The notes: generated from the sequence alone by a model not told the origin. DNA of 64,000 bases from a virus (IMGVR_UViG_2595698222_000001:1-64000), one strand, 5' to 3'; positions 19,547 to 29,764 are shown, counted from the first letter of the stretch. Numbers and translations: made by a program.

Positions 19547-22054
19547 ATGGATTATTTAGAGTTTTTGAAAACAAAGATTGAAATTGCAACGGATACAGGA
19601 TTCGCAGTAGAACGGAGCACTATCAATAAGGCATTGAAATTTCATCAGGGTGACGCTGTCGCATGGGCTTTGAAAGGTGGTTGCCGAGCGTTATTTGAAA
19701 GCTTTGGCCTTGGAAAGACAGTTCAGGAAATAGAATTCTGCTATCAGGTAATTAGGAAGTTTGGAGGAAAAGCTCTCATAGTTTGTCCATTGGGTGTTAA
19801 ACAGGAATTCATAAGGGACGCGCAGAGTATTCTCGGTTATGAAAAGCCCATATATGTTAGAAACATGGAAGAGGTTAAGGCTGCAGAAGCTGGTATCCTC
19901 ATTACCAACTACGAACGAGTACGTGATGGAGATATAGACCCCAGTTATTTCACGGCAACTTCTCTTGATGAAGCCAGTGTTCTTAGGAGTTTTGGAAGCA
20001 AGACTTATCAAACCTTCCTGGATAAATTCAAAGAGGTTCCTTACAAACTTGTGGCTACAGCCACGCCAAGTCCGAACAAATATAAAGAGCTGATTCACTA
20101 CGCCGGATATTTGGGAGTTATGGATACCGGCCAGGCATTGACGAGATTCTTTCAGCGAGATTCTACAAAAGCCAATAATTTAACTTTATATTCGAACATG
20201 GAAGATGAGTTCTGGCTTTGGGTAAGCAGCTGGGCGCTATTCATTACAAAGCCTTCAGATATAAACCTGGATTATTCAGATGATGGATATATTCTTCCGC
20301 CTTTAGATGTAAGGTGGCATGAACTTCCGGTAAATTACGGCGATACTGCAGATAGAGATGGCCAGTTTCAGTTATTTAATGAAGCAGCTGACGGCCTGAA
20401 AGAAGCAGCACAGGTGAAACGAGAAAGTATTGACCTAAGAACAGCAAAGATGAAAGAGATCCTTGAGTCTGACCCGGAGGATCATTTTATTATATGGCAT
20501 GACCTGGAAGCAGAGAGACTGGCAATTAAGAAAGCAGTGCCGGGTGTCGTGGATATTTACGGTTCCCAGGATTATGAAATTCGGGAACAAAGGGTTATTG
20601 ACTTTTCAGAGGGTTGTTGTCAGTATTTTGCAACAAAAAAAGAGTTATCAGGATCTGGCTGCAATTTTCAAAAGCATTGTCATAGGGAAATATTCCTGGG
20701 GATTGATTACGAATTTAATGATTTTATTCAGGCCATACATAGGTGCTATCGCTTCCTGCAAAAGGAGCCAGTTATCATTGATATTATCTACATGGAAAAT
20801 GAGAGAGAAATCAAAGATGTGTTACTGGAAAAGTGGAAGAATCATAATCACATGGTAGAAAAAATGATTGAGATTGTTAGAAAGTACGGATTGTCGGCGG
20901 CTGGGAAAGAAAAACGCTTAGAGCGGAAGATGGGAGTTGAAACAGTGAAGGTCAAGGGAAGTAAGTATACAGCAGTTAATGATGATTGCGTAGAAGAAAC
21001 AAGGCGTATGGAAAGTGATAGCGTTGGCCTGATTCATACATCAATACCTTTTGGAAACCATTATGAATATTCGGCCAATTATAATGACTTTGGGCATAAT
21101 CAGGATACGGAAAGATTCTTTGAGCAGATGGACTTCCTTACACCTGAACTTCTTAGGATCCTGCAGCCGGGAAGAGTGGCGGCAATACATGTTAAGGATC
21201 GTATCCTTTTCGGAAACGCTACAGGAACAGGAATGCCCACGGTAGAACCTTTTCATTCAGATTGTATTAGTCATTATATTAAACATGGATTTCAGTATTT
21301 TGGCATGATTACTATTGTTACTGATGTGGTAAGGGAAAATAATCAGACCTATCGGCTGGGCTGGACGGAGCAATGCAAAGATGGAAGCAAAATGGGAGTG
21401 GGTTGTCCAGAATATATTTTACTCTTTAGAAAACTACCTACTGACAGATCAACGGCTTATGCAGACGTACCTGTGAAAAAGACCAAAGAAGATTATACCA
21501 GGGCTCAATGGCAGATAGACGCTCACGGATTCTGGAGATCTTCGGGTAATCGCCTTATTAGAAAAGAAGAGTTAGAAAATGTTTCGGTAAAGAATCTTCA
21601 GGCTGTTTACCGGAAATATAGCAGGGATCATGTTTATGACTATAAAGAGCATGTAGAGCTGGCCAAGAAACTTGATACGGAAGATAAGCTCCCAGCTACA
21701 TTTATGGTGGTTGCGCCGGGAAGCTGGACATGGGAAGTATGGGACGATATCAACCGCATGAGAACTTTGAATACCAGTCAGAGCCGGAGAAGAGCGCAAC
21801 TCCATGTATGTCCTTTACAGCTGGATATAGTGGAACGAATTATCAACAGATATTCCAACGAAGGTGACCTTGTAGCAGATCCATTTGCCGGGCTTATGAC
21901 GATCCCTATGACAGCCGTTAAGATGGGTAGGCTCGGATATGGAATAGAATTGAATCCGGATTATTTCAGAGATGGCGTTGGGTACCTGCAGGCGGCAGAA
22001 GAAGATGTGGATTCCCCGACACTATTTGATTTTATGCCAGAGATAATAGCATAA
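19547..22054 (+). CDS. SNF2-like helicase fused to an N4/N6 DNA methyltransferase
   Basis: GLGKT, LDEAS, TATP; TSIPF and ADPFAG motifs. Confidence 0.88.
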   Translation: MDYLEFLKTKIEIATDTGFAVERSTINKALKFHQGDAVAWALKGGCRALFESFGLGKTVQEIEFCYQVIRKFGGKALIVCPLGVKQEFIRDAQSILGYEKPIYVRNMEEVKAAEAGILITNYERVRDGDIDPSYFTATSLDEASVLRSFGSKTYQTFLDKFKEVPYKLVATATPSPNKYKELIHYAGYLGVMDTGQALTRFFQRDSTKANNLTLYSNMEDEFWLWVSSWALFITKPSDINLDYSDDGYILPPLDVRWHELPVNYGDTADRDGQFQLFNEAADGLKEAAQVKRESIDLRTAKMKEILESDPEDHFIIWHDLEAERLAIKKAVPGVVDIYGSQDYEIREQRVIDFSEGCCQYFATKKELSGSGCNFQKHCHREIFLGIDYEFNDFIQAIHRCYRFLQKEPVIIDIIYMENEREIKDVLLEKWKNHNHMVEKMIEIVRKYGLSAAGKEKRLERKMGVETVKVKGSKYTAVNDDCVEETRRMESDSVGLIHTSIPFGNHYEYSANYNDFGHNQDTERFFEQMDFLTPELLRILQPGRVAAIHVKDRILFGNATGTGMPTVEPFHSDCISHYIKHGFQYFGMITIVTDVVRENNQTYRLGWTEQCKDGSKMGVGCPEYILLFRKLPTDRSTAYADVPVKKTKEDYTRAQWQIDAHGFWRSSGNRLIRKEELENVSVKNLQAVYRKYSRDHVYDYKEHVELAKKLDTEDKLPATFMVVAPGSWTWEVWDDINRMRTLNTSQSRRRAQLHVCPLQLDIVERIINRYSNEGDLVADPFAGLMTIPMTAVKMGRLGYGIELNPDYFRDGVGYLQAAEEDVDSPTLFDFMPEIIA

Positions 22055-22370
22055 GGCAAAGCAAGAGAAGAAAGGAGATAAAAATTTGAAGAATTGGGTT
22101 AAATGGGTGAGTGTAGCCGTGGTCGTATTGTTCGGAATTGGTTTTACAGAATCTCCAATGTGTTTGTGGGCGTTTTTCATTCCGTTTTTAAGTGATTGCT
22201 TTTCATAGACAGGAACGGAGGCAAAGTCTTGAAATATGAATTACATATGCTTTTACGAAAGATAATAATGAGGTGATACGGAAAAGATTGCAATTCGTGT
22301 AAGCATTATGATGGAAGCTTTGGTGACGAGAGCTGCTTTCCCTGTGAACGAAGCATAAAGGCGGTGGGAT

Positions 22371-22745
22371 ATGAACGAAAGTAGAAAATATACGATTTAC
22401 GCCGTAGATTTTGACGGCACACTTGTAGAAAGCGTCTGGCCGGGAATCGGTGAGCCGAATCAGGCATTGATTAATCATTTGATTAAAAGACGTAGAGGGG
22501 GAAACAAAGTAATTCTTTGGACATGCCGCTGTGGCAGCCGCTTGGAAGAAGCTGTTTCATGGTGCAGGAATTATGACCTGGAATTTGACGCTGTGAACGA
22601 GAACTTATCTGAAATGGTAAAGTTGTTCGGAAACGATTCACGAAAGATATTCGCTGATGTTTACATAGACGATAAGGCCAAGGTTAAGGCCAAGTATCGC
22701 ATTCCTTATCAAGGTGGTGAAGATGATGGAAGAACGCGATCTTAG
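22371..22745 (+). CDS. HAD-superfamily hydrolase
   Basis: AVDFDGTL, LWTCR, K...YIDDK. Confidence 0.85.
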   Translation: MNESRKYTIYAVDFDGTLVESVWPGIGEPNQALINHLIKRRRGGNKVILWTCRCGSRLEEAVSWCRNYDLEFDAVNENLSEMVKLFGNDSRKIFADVYIDDKAKVKAKYRIPYQGGEDDGRTRS

Positions 22746-23133
22746 AAAGTACTGGTCCGCCTATACGGACGCATGGAAACTAATGAAAAATCGTCAGATG
22801 GTCAAGCAGGAGCATGTGGCACAGATGATAAAGAAGCATGGGAATCCTGTCATGAGCCGGCTGTTTTGCCTGGTTGTCTGGCAGGAGATTAAGCGGATTA
22901 ATTCCGGGGGGGCTCCTCTTCAGGACAAGCAGTATGAAGAATGTCTTACCGGAGCATGGAAGCTGTTTAAGCAGTACAGCGATCCGAATGATACAGAAGA
23001 ATACTGGAATGGCCTGGTTGATATGATAGGAGCCATGTCCAAAGAATATGGTAATTGCAGCTTTATAAGTAATGTCCTGATCCATGTAACGCTAGAAGAA
23101 CTTGAGCGGATTTGGAGATCTAAAAAGCAATAA
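22714..23133 (+). CDS. Hypothetical protein with an internal duplication
   Basis: TDAWKLMK and TGAWKLFK repeats. Confidence 0.55.
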   Translation: MVKMMEERDLRKYWSAYTDAWKLMKNRQMVKQEHVAQMIKKHGNPVMSRLFCLVVWQEIKRINSGGAPLQDKQYEECLTGAWKLFKQYSDPNDTEEYWNGLVDMIGAMSKEYGNCSFISNVLIHVTLEELERIWRSKKQ

Positions 23134-23137
23134 AAAG

Positions 23138-23186
23138 TGAAAGGAGCCGACCTCCTGCAGGGGTAACGCTATAGCGGGTCCTTTTG
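23138..23186 (+). promoter_or_regulatory. SD-sequestering leader motif, copy B
   Basis: TGAAAGGAGCC...CCTGCAGG...CGCTATAGCG-GGTCCTTTTG, then ATG at 23192. Confidence 0.6.
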
Positions 23187-23191
23187 AGAAT

Positions 23192-24934
23192 ATGAGAGAT
23201 TTATTAATAGATTGCTTTGCCGGAGGCGGTGGGGCAAGCGTTGGGATGGAAATGGCTTTGGGCCGTCCGGTTGATATTGCTATCAATCATAATCCACAAG
23301 CTATCAGGATGCACAGAACGAATCACCCTGATACGCTTCATTTGACAGAGGATATCTTCAAGGTAGACCTGCAGAAATATGTAAAAGGCCGTCATGTAGC
23401 TTTAATGTGGGCCAGCCCAGACTGTACCAGTCATAGCAAGGCAAAAGGCGGTAAGCCGCGAGAGAAAGGGCTTAGAATTCTTCCATGGGCAGTATATAAA
23501 CATGCGAAAGCAATTCTGCCTGATGTGATCCTGATGGAGAATGTTGAAGAGATCCAGCAGTGGGGACCCTTGGATAATGAGGGTTATCCAATAAAGGAGC
23601 GTAAGGGAGAGGATTATCAAAGGTTTATTACAGCCATGAAGTCACTGGGTTACATATTTGATAGTCGGGAACTGATAGCAGCCGATTACGGAGCTCCCAC
23701 CACAAGAAAAAGATGGTATGCAGTATTTCGGAGAGATGGAAAGCCGATTGTCTGGCCGGAACCGACTCATAACAAAAATGGTACTGATGGGTTAAAGAGA
23801 TGGGAACCTATATGGAAATATCTTGAATTAACGGATTTAGGAAAATCTATATTTGGCAGAAAGAAGCCACTGGCAGATAAGACGATGAACCGGATCGCCA
23901 GGGGATTGGATAAATTTGTTTTTAATTGCCCGGAACCGTTTATTGTTCAGGTGAATCATGGGGGAGATAACTTCCGGGGACAGAGCATACATGAGCCTAT
24001 GCCTACCATAACGCAGAAGCATGGCTTTGGAACTGTGACACCGTACATTATGCAGATAGGGCAGACTGGATTTTGTACAGAACGCAATCGTTCAGTTGAA
24101 GATCCATTGAGTACAGTAGTTACAAACAACGAACATTGCCTGATATCGCCAGTTATCACACCCTTCATAGAGAAGTCTTATGGAGGTAATTACAAAGGAG
24201 CGGGCAGTGGCATGGATGAGCCAGTACATACTATCACTACGGTTGATCATAACCATGTTGTTGCACCACTTTTGATTCAGTATCATTCCGAAACATCAAA
24301 ATCTGATGTGAGAGGGCAGTCAGTTGACGTACCGATAATGACACTGGATACCAGTAACCGTTATGGCTTGGTGGCGGCTTTCCTTACAAAATTCTATAAA
24401 ACGGGAATAGGTCAGCCTTTATGGGAACCGATACATACAATCACAACCAGTCCTGGGCATTTTGGACAAGTCAGTATTCTTGCAATCAGCAAGGAAGAAC
24501 TGTTGAAGAATGGTGTTGATGAAGAAACAGCACAGAAATGCACTTGGGTAAGCCAGTTTATCATTAAGTACTACGGTGGTGATGTGTCTGGTGTAAGTTT
24601 GGAAGAACCACTTCATACTATTGTGACAAAAGACAGATTTGCTTTGGTTACGGTCCTTGGTAGTGAATATGTGATTCTGGATATCTTTCTACGTATGTTG
24701 AAGGCCGAACCAGAATTGAAATTGGGACAGGGATTCCCAGAGGATTATATTATTGACCATGATTACGAAGGGAAAAAGTACCCAGTATCTGAACAGGTGG
24801 CCCGTATTGGAAACAGCGTTGTTCCCATCGTGGCTAAAGCGTTGGTTGTGGCGAATTGCTCATATCTGAAAATCGGAGAGCGAATGCCAAACATGAGGAT
24901 TGATGATAGCCAGGAGCAGCTTAGATTTGCCTGA
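23192..24934 (+). CDS. C5-cytosine DNA methyltransferase with a long repeated variable region
   Basis: FAGGGG, SPDC, ENV, R-R, GNSV; repeated EP(M/V/I/L)HTITT units. Confidence 0.92.
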   Translation: MRDLLIDCFAGGGGASVGMEMALGRPVDIAINHNPQAIRMHRTNHPDTLHLTEDIFKVDLQKYVKGRHVALMWASPDCTSHSKAKGGKPREKGLRILPWAVYKHAKAILPDVILMENVEEIQQWGPLDNEGYPIKERKGEDYQRFITAMKSLGYIFDSRELIAADYGAPTTRKRWYAVFRRDGKPIVWPEPTHNKNGTDGLKRWEPIWKYLELTDLGKSIFGRKKPLADKTMNRIARGLDKFVFNCPEPFIVQVNHGGDNFRGQSIHEPMPTITQKHGFGTVTPYIMQIGQTGFCTERNRSVEDPLSTVVTNNEHCLISPVITPFIEKSYGGNYKGAGSGMDEPVHTITTVDHNHVVAPLLIQYHSETSKSDVRGQSVDVPIMTLDTSNRYGLVAAFLTKFYKTGIGQPLWEPIHTITTSPGHFGQVSILAISKEELLKNGVDEETAQKCTWVSQFIIKYYGGDVSGVSLEEPLHTIVTKDRFALVTVLGSEYVILDIFLRMLKAEPELKLGQGFPEDYIIDHDYEGKKYPVSEQVARIGNSVVPIVAKALVVANCSYLKIGERMPNMRIDDSQEQLRFA

Positions 24935-24971
24935 TATAACGTAGAATTAAAGATTTATTGTTCCTTGATAA

Positions 24972-25574
24972 TTGAATATTGATAGTTGGAATGGTATAAT
25001 TCCTTTATCACTAAAGATGGGGGGAGTATTATGGATTGGAATATATTTTGGGCGGCATTTGGTGCAATAGGGACTACTTTAGGTTCTTTGATAACAGCAA
25101 GTGCTGTAGTTATTGCAGTTAAACAGTATAAGCAACCTTTGATGAAGATTGTAAAAGTAGTGGTGACTTCGGCTGCTATAGTTGATAATTCAGGAAATTA
25201 TTTAATGTTTTATTGTATAAGCATAAAGAATAGAGGTATAAGAACAGTACAAATTAACTCTATAAATATCAAGGGGAATAAGAAAGTGTTGTGGTTAAAT
25301 AGTACTCAATTTGAATCAGATACTAAAATAAATCTTCCGGTAAAAATCGAGCCAGAAGAAATCATAGACTTTTTGATTGAAGTGGAAAAATTTAGATTGG
25401 AGATAAAAAAAGCTGTTACAAATAAGGTAATCAGGAAGAGGGGTAAATTAGTGGTTTTTGTAACAGATTCTCTTGGCGATAAGTATTATTGTAAAACAAA
25501 TATTAAAATTGCAAGCTTAATAAATTCTCTTTAATGTTTGTAACCAACTATCAATATTCGGTAGTTGGTTTTTT
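24972..25574 (+). mobile_element. Framed moron cassette 2
   Basis: GAATATTGATAGTTGG (24974-24989) against CCAACTATCAATATTC (25544-25559), perfect inverted match. TTGAAT-17-TATAAT promoter. Terminator at 25542-25574. Confidence 0.78.
25031..25534 (+). CDS. Membrane-anchored hypothetical protein (moron)
   Basis: N-terminal hydrophobic helix, low GC, own promoter and terminator. Confidence 0.7.
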   Translation: MDWNIFWAAFGAIGTTLGSLITASAVVIAVKQYKQPLMKIVKVVVTSAAIVDNSGNYLMFYCISIKNRGIRTVQINSINIKGNKKVLWLNSTQFESDTKINLPVKIEPEEIIDFLIEVEKFRLEIKKAVTNKVIRKRGKLVVFVTDSLGDKYYCKTNIKIASLINSL

Positions 25575-25585
25575 GTTGCAAAAAA

Positions 25586-25635
25586 TGAAAGGAGGCTGGA
25601 GCTCCTGCAGGGCAAAGTCATGACGGCTCCTTTCA
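25586..25635 (+). promoter_or_regulatory. SD-sequestering leader motif, copy C
   Basis: TGAAAGGAG...CCTGCAGG...GTCATGAC-GG-CTCCTTTCA, then ATG at 25639. Confidence 0.65.
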
Positions 25636-25638
25636 AAA

Positions 25639-26692
25639 ATGTTTATAAAAGAAGATGATTTGAAACTTAATGAGTGGCAATTTTCACAGCGAAAATATTT
25701 GCCATGGGAAACAAAATTGCAACTGACGAAGACCAGAATACAGGAGTGGTATGATAACTGGGGTGGTCAAGTATATCTCAGTTATTCCGGTGGATTGGAT
25801 AGTACTGTATTGCTTCATCTGATCCGCAAGACTATAGGTGATGATATGCCGGCAGTGTTCTCAAATACAGGCTTGGAGTTCCCCGAAATTGTTCGATTTG
25901 CAAGGAAGGCACCTGGAACTTTTAAGGAGATAGAACCACGTAATAAAGATGGTAAACGCATCACATACAGGGACGTTATTTTGAGCGAAGGATATCCTCT
26001 TGTAAGCAAAGAAACTGCTATGAAAATCAGGAAGTTACGGCACGGGAATTTATCAGATAGATACCGGAATTACTTGCTGAATGGTGATGAAAGGGGCTCT
26101 TTTGGAGTTCTTCCGAAAAAATGGAGATGCCTCCTGAACGCACCTTTTGATACCTCTGAAAAATGTTGTGATGTGATGAAAAAGAAACCATTCATTAAGT
26201 ATACAAAAGAAACTGGCCGGGTTCCGTTCATTGGAACAACGCAAGACGAGGGATTTGTGAGAGCGCGTCTTTATTCACATACAGGTTGTAATGTGTATGA
26301 TGGTAAGACAATCAAACCAGCCTATGGGGTTTTGGACAAAGCAAGACGTATTACGGTATGTCGTTGAGAATGATTTGGAAATATGCTCCGTATACGGTGA
26401 CATTAAGCAATCTCCCCGTGGCAAATATTATCTCACTGGGGAGCAACGGACTGGCTGCATGTTCTGCGCATTTGGAGCCCATTTAGAACCAGAACCTAAC
26501 CGCTTTCAGCGAATGTCAATTACGCACCCAGGATATTATCGTTTATGTTTTAAGCCATTGGAGAGCGGCGGACTAGGAATGAGCGTACCGTTGGACTACC
26601 TTGGAATCCCGTATGAAACCTGGGAATCAGTGGGACAGATGAATTTGGCTGACTACCTGAATGAAGAAAGGAATGGACTATGTGGAAAATAA
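25639..26692 (+). pseudogene. PAPS-reductase-family protein, frameshifted near 26316
   Basis: SYSGGLDS and KCC in ORF 25639-26367. PMGFWTKQD and RTGCMFC continue in another frame (26291-26692). Confidence 0.82.
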
Positions 26693-26892
26693 AAATTGTT
26701 TACAGTGATAAAAGTAAATGCACGTTAACAGGGAAACACAAGGAAATTCCATTAGAACTGGCACGCCATTACTATAACCAGTATGCGGCAGGGAAGAAGT
26801 GTAAAGTTACATACCAGCAATATCCTAAAAAGGATTTTGCAGAAACGGACTTGTATGAGAAGATTGTGGAACTGGAATCCAGTGAGGAATAG
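26680..26892 (+). CDS. Hypothetical phage protein
   Basis: ORF coupled to the upstream gene. Confidence 0.5.
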   Translation: MWKIKIVYSDKSKCTLTGKHKEIPLELARHYYNQYAAGKKCKVTYQQYPKKDFAETDLYEKIVELESSEE

Positions 26893-27236
26893 CTGAAAGT
26901 GCTTGGGGGGACCGGCAAGGTTTCCCCTGCCGGTATGAGTATGAAAAAGCTATGCATCTAAAAATCCAACATTCTTAGGAGCACGTTTGTATTATAGCAG
27001 ATATGAATCAGTTTAGCAGATGTAAAATTTTACCATTTTCAATTAAAGACAAGAAATAGCCGGGGCATAGACCCCGGTAAAAAAACAACTCTAAAAGAAC
27101 ATACATTCGAATGGTGGATAATAAACAAGCGGCAGAGTCACCGACCAAAGTTTTTCTACCGCTTCACGCTTAAGGATATTATAAATCAAACTGTCTCCTT
27201 AAGCAACTAATTTTTTAGTAAAGGAGATTACATATT

Positions 27237-28274
27237 GTGAATGGACAAACTGTTAAAGCACAGGTTATTAATAATATCATTGTTGCCATGGCAGGGCATG
27301 TGGCGAAAGAAGTTTTAGACATTCTTCATCAGGTGGTCATAAAGGAATTTGTTAATGTCAATATGGAGGAGATTACAACTCTTCCGGTAGAATATCAGAA
27401 TGATATGGATCAAAAAAACAAATACATTATTCAGCTTTTCATTGTTAAGAAGAAAATCAAAGATAATACAAAGGAAGCTTACCTTGGTGCGGTAAAACGA
27501 CTAATTACCCTGATTGATAAGCCATTGGATAAAATTGAGGAATCAGATATCAGTTTTTATCTTTCCTGGTATGAGAAGCGAAATGTTAATGTAGGCGGGA
27601 AAAAGAATCAAGCAGTGACAGTGAATAATGAAAGACGGTTCTTATCTGCTTTCTTCACTTGGATGCGGAAGGAAAAGTTAATAGGTGAAAACCCGGTGGA
27701 AGCTACTGATCCGCTGAAAACGGTTCGGAAACCGATTGATTATTTCAAGCCAGAAGAGATGGCGAAGATGAGAGATGCTTGTAAGAAACCAAGGGAGCGC
27801 GCCTTAATAGAAGTGCTACGGAGCACCGGTGCCAGAGTCGGAGAGCTGGTCGAAATTACTATTGATCAGATAGATTGGAGGACTGGAGATATTGTAATTC
27901 TGGGAGAGAAGAATGACAAGTATCAGCCCATCTTCTTAGATGACGAAGCTCGATATTATTACCGGCAGTATCTTGACTCCAGGAGTGATGATAGTCCGTT
28001 TATGTTTCCTCACTGTAGGGAACCTTATGAAAAGCTGTCAACTTCCGGTATCCGGAGCATCTTAAAAACCATTGGTAACCGGGCCAAATTGAAATGCCGG
28101 GTATACCCTCATAAAATGCGTAAGACACTGGGAATGAGTCTTAAAAATAAGGGTGTGGACATTGGTACTATTCAGGAGATTTTGAGGCATTCCAGTCCGT
28201 CGGTGACAGCTATTTATTATGCTCAGTCAACACCGGATACATTAAGAAACGTGAGGGAGAGATGTTCAGCATGA
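27237..28274 (+). CDS. Second tyrosine recombinase (XerC/D-like)
   Basis: STGARVGEL, GEK, YPHKMRKT, LRH, TAIYY. Confidence 0.93.
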   Translation: MNGQTVKAQVINNIIVAMAGHVAKEVLDILHQVVIKEFVNVNMEEITTLPVEYQNDMDQKNKYIIQLFIVKKKIKDNTKEAYLGAVKRLITLIDKPLDKIEESDISFYLSWYEKRNVNVGGKKNQAVTVNNERRFLSAFFTWMRKEKLIGENPVEATDPLKTVRKPIDYFKPEEMAKMRDACKKPRERALIEVLRSTGARVGELVEITIDQIDWRTGDIVILGEKNDKYQPIFLDDEARYYYRQYLDSRSDDSPFMFPHCREPYEKLSTSGIRSILKTIGNRAKLKCRVYPHKMRKTLGMSLKNKGVDIGTIQEILRHSSPSVTAIYYAQSTPDTLRNVRERCSA

Positions 28275-28633
28275 TGAAAAAAACGGTCAAGGAACAATTA
28301 AAGAGTTTGGTAGCGCTTAATGCTGCAATCTCTGAGGCTGGAGAAGAAATACAAGCTATTCAAAAGGAAATTAATACATATGGGTATGATGAAAAATATT
28401 CCTCTGCTTTAAATGATCTGAAGCAGAAAACCATCTACCACCGATATCTAAAAGTAAAAAATTATATAAATTTATATGATAAAATAGAAGCTCTGGAAGA
28501 CGAGCAGGAAAAACGCTTGTTGAGATACCGGTATTTACGAGGCTGGCGTTGGGAGGCTATTGCTGATAAAATGGGATATTCACTTAGGCAAACTTTTAAT
28601 ATACATAAGAAAGCTCTCCAAAACATTGAATAG
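28262..28633 (+). CDS. ArpU/RinA-like transcriptional activator
   Basis: LLRYRYLRGWRWEAIADKMGYSLRQTFNIHKKAL. Followed by GTGCA-N5-GTGCA and TG-n-TATGCT at 28639-28673. Confidence 0.8.
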   Translation: MFSMMKKTVKEQLKSLVALNAAISEAGEEIQAIQKEINTYGYDEKYSSALNDLKQKTIYHRYLKVKNYINLYDKIEALEDEQEKRLLRYRYLRGWRWEAIADKMGYSLRQTFNIHKKALQNIE

Positions 28634-28691
28634 TATTTGTGCATAGAAGTGCAGTTATAATTTATGATATGCTGACCTTAGAAATTAAAAG

Positions 28692-28737
28692 GAAAGGAGG
28701 CGAAGTTTTCCGGATAAAAGCTGCAGCGACTTCTTTC
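28692..28737 (+). promoter_or_regulatory. SD-sequestering leader motif, copy D
   Basis: GAAAGGAG...TCCGGA...GCTGCAGC-GA-CTTCTTTC, then ATG at 28742. Confidence 0.62.
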
Positions 28738-28741
28738 TACA

Positions 28742-29764
28742 ATGAGTTTAACTTTTTTGGACTTTTTTGCGGGCATTGGAGGATTTCGTAGAGGTATGGA
28801 ATTGGCAGGTCATAAATGTATTGGTTTCTGTGAATGGGATAAGTTCGCAGTCATGAGCTACACTTCAATGCATTTGATTACAGAAGATCAAAGGCAGCTC
28901 CTTCTTCAACTTCCAATAAAACATAGGCAAAAAGAAATTTTAAAGGAGGAATATCGGAATGGAGAATGGTATGCAAATGACATCAGAACAGTTAATGTCA
29001 GAGACCTGCCAAAAGCAGATGTATGGTGTTTTGGATTTCCCTGCCAAGACATATCTATCGCCGGGAAAAGACTCGGATTCGCTGGAAAGCGTTCAAGTCT
29101 GTTTTTCACAGTTACAGGACTTATTAAAGACCTTGAAGAAAAAGATAAACCCTCAATGTTATTTATTGAGAACGTTAAAAACTTACTTAGTGTTAATCGA
29201 GGACTTGACTTTGCCAAACTTCTCATTGAGTTGGATGAAATCGGCTACGATGTCGAATGGCAAGTTCTCAATACAAAAGACTTCGGAATTCCACAAAGCC
29301 GAGAAAGAGTGTTCATTATTGGATTTCTTAGAGGAAGAAGCAGAAGAGAAGTATTACCTGTCAGAGGATCAGGTTGCAAAAATAATTTTCCATTATTAAA
29401 GCCTAAGAAGTATGGGGACGGCATATTAATACGGGATGTAAATAAAAAAGGTTATTCTTTAGCCGAAGTGGGAGATAGTATAAGTCTTGCTTTTCTTAAC
29501 AGTAAAACAAAGCGTGGCAGGGTAGGAAAGGGAAAGGTCCATACATTAACAACTGCATGTAATCAGGCAGTTGTATGTGAAAAGGATAGGACCCCAAAGA
29601 TTCGAAAACTAACCCCTCGTGAATGTTTTCGCCTACAAGGTTGGACAGATTATTATTTCGATAAAGCAGCGATAGTTAATAGTGATAACCAACTGTACAA
29701 ACAGGCTGGTAATGGAGTGACAGTGAAGGTAATACAGAACATAGCTACTAAATTTCATCATTAA
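28742..29764 (+). CDS. C5-cytosine DNA methyltransferase (alpha-type polypeptide)
   Basis: FAGIGG, GFPCQDIS, ENV, QSRERVF, RKLTPRECFRLQG, GNGV. Confidence 0.93.
   Translation: MSLTFLDFFAGIGGFRRGMELAGHKCIGFCEWDKFAVMSYTSMHLITEDQRQLLLQLPIKHRQKEILKEEYRNGEWYANDIRTVNVRDLPKADVWCFGFPCQDISIAGKRLGFAGKRSSLFFTVTGLIKDLEEKDKPSMLFIENVKNLLSVNRGLDFAKLLIELDEIGYDVEWQVLNTKDFGIPQSRERVFIIGFLRGRSRREVLPVRGSGCKNNFPLLKPKKYGDGILIRDVNKKGYSLAEVGDSISLAFLNSKTKRGRVGKGKVHTLTTACNQAVVCEKDRTPKIRKLTPRECFRLQGWTDYYFDKAAIVNSDNQLYKQAGNGVTVKVIQNIATKFHH
28959..29399 (+). CDS. Nested +1-frame ORF, probable M.EcoHK31I-beta-like methyltransferase subunit
   Basis: 146 open codons inside the methyltransferase gene, ending WMKSATMSNGKF...ECSLLDFLEEEAEEKYYLSEDQV. 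Confidence 0.6.
   Translation: MENGMQMTSEQLMSETCQKQMYGVLDFPAKTYLSPGKDSDSLESVQVCFSQLQDLLKTLKKKINPQCYLLRTLKTYLVLIEDLTLPNFSLSWMKSATMSNGKFSIQKTSEFHKAEKECSLLDFLEEEAEEKYYLSEDQVAKIIFHY

Noticed and set aside
5334-24616. Many 60-135 aa minus-strand ORFs under the early genes
   Set aside because: Antisense shadows of well-supported plus-strand genes, with no RBS or recognisable motifs.
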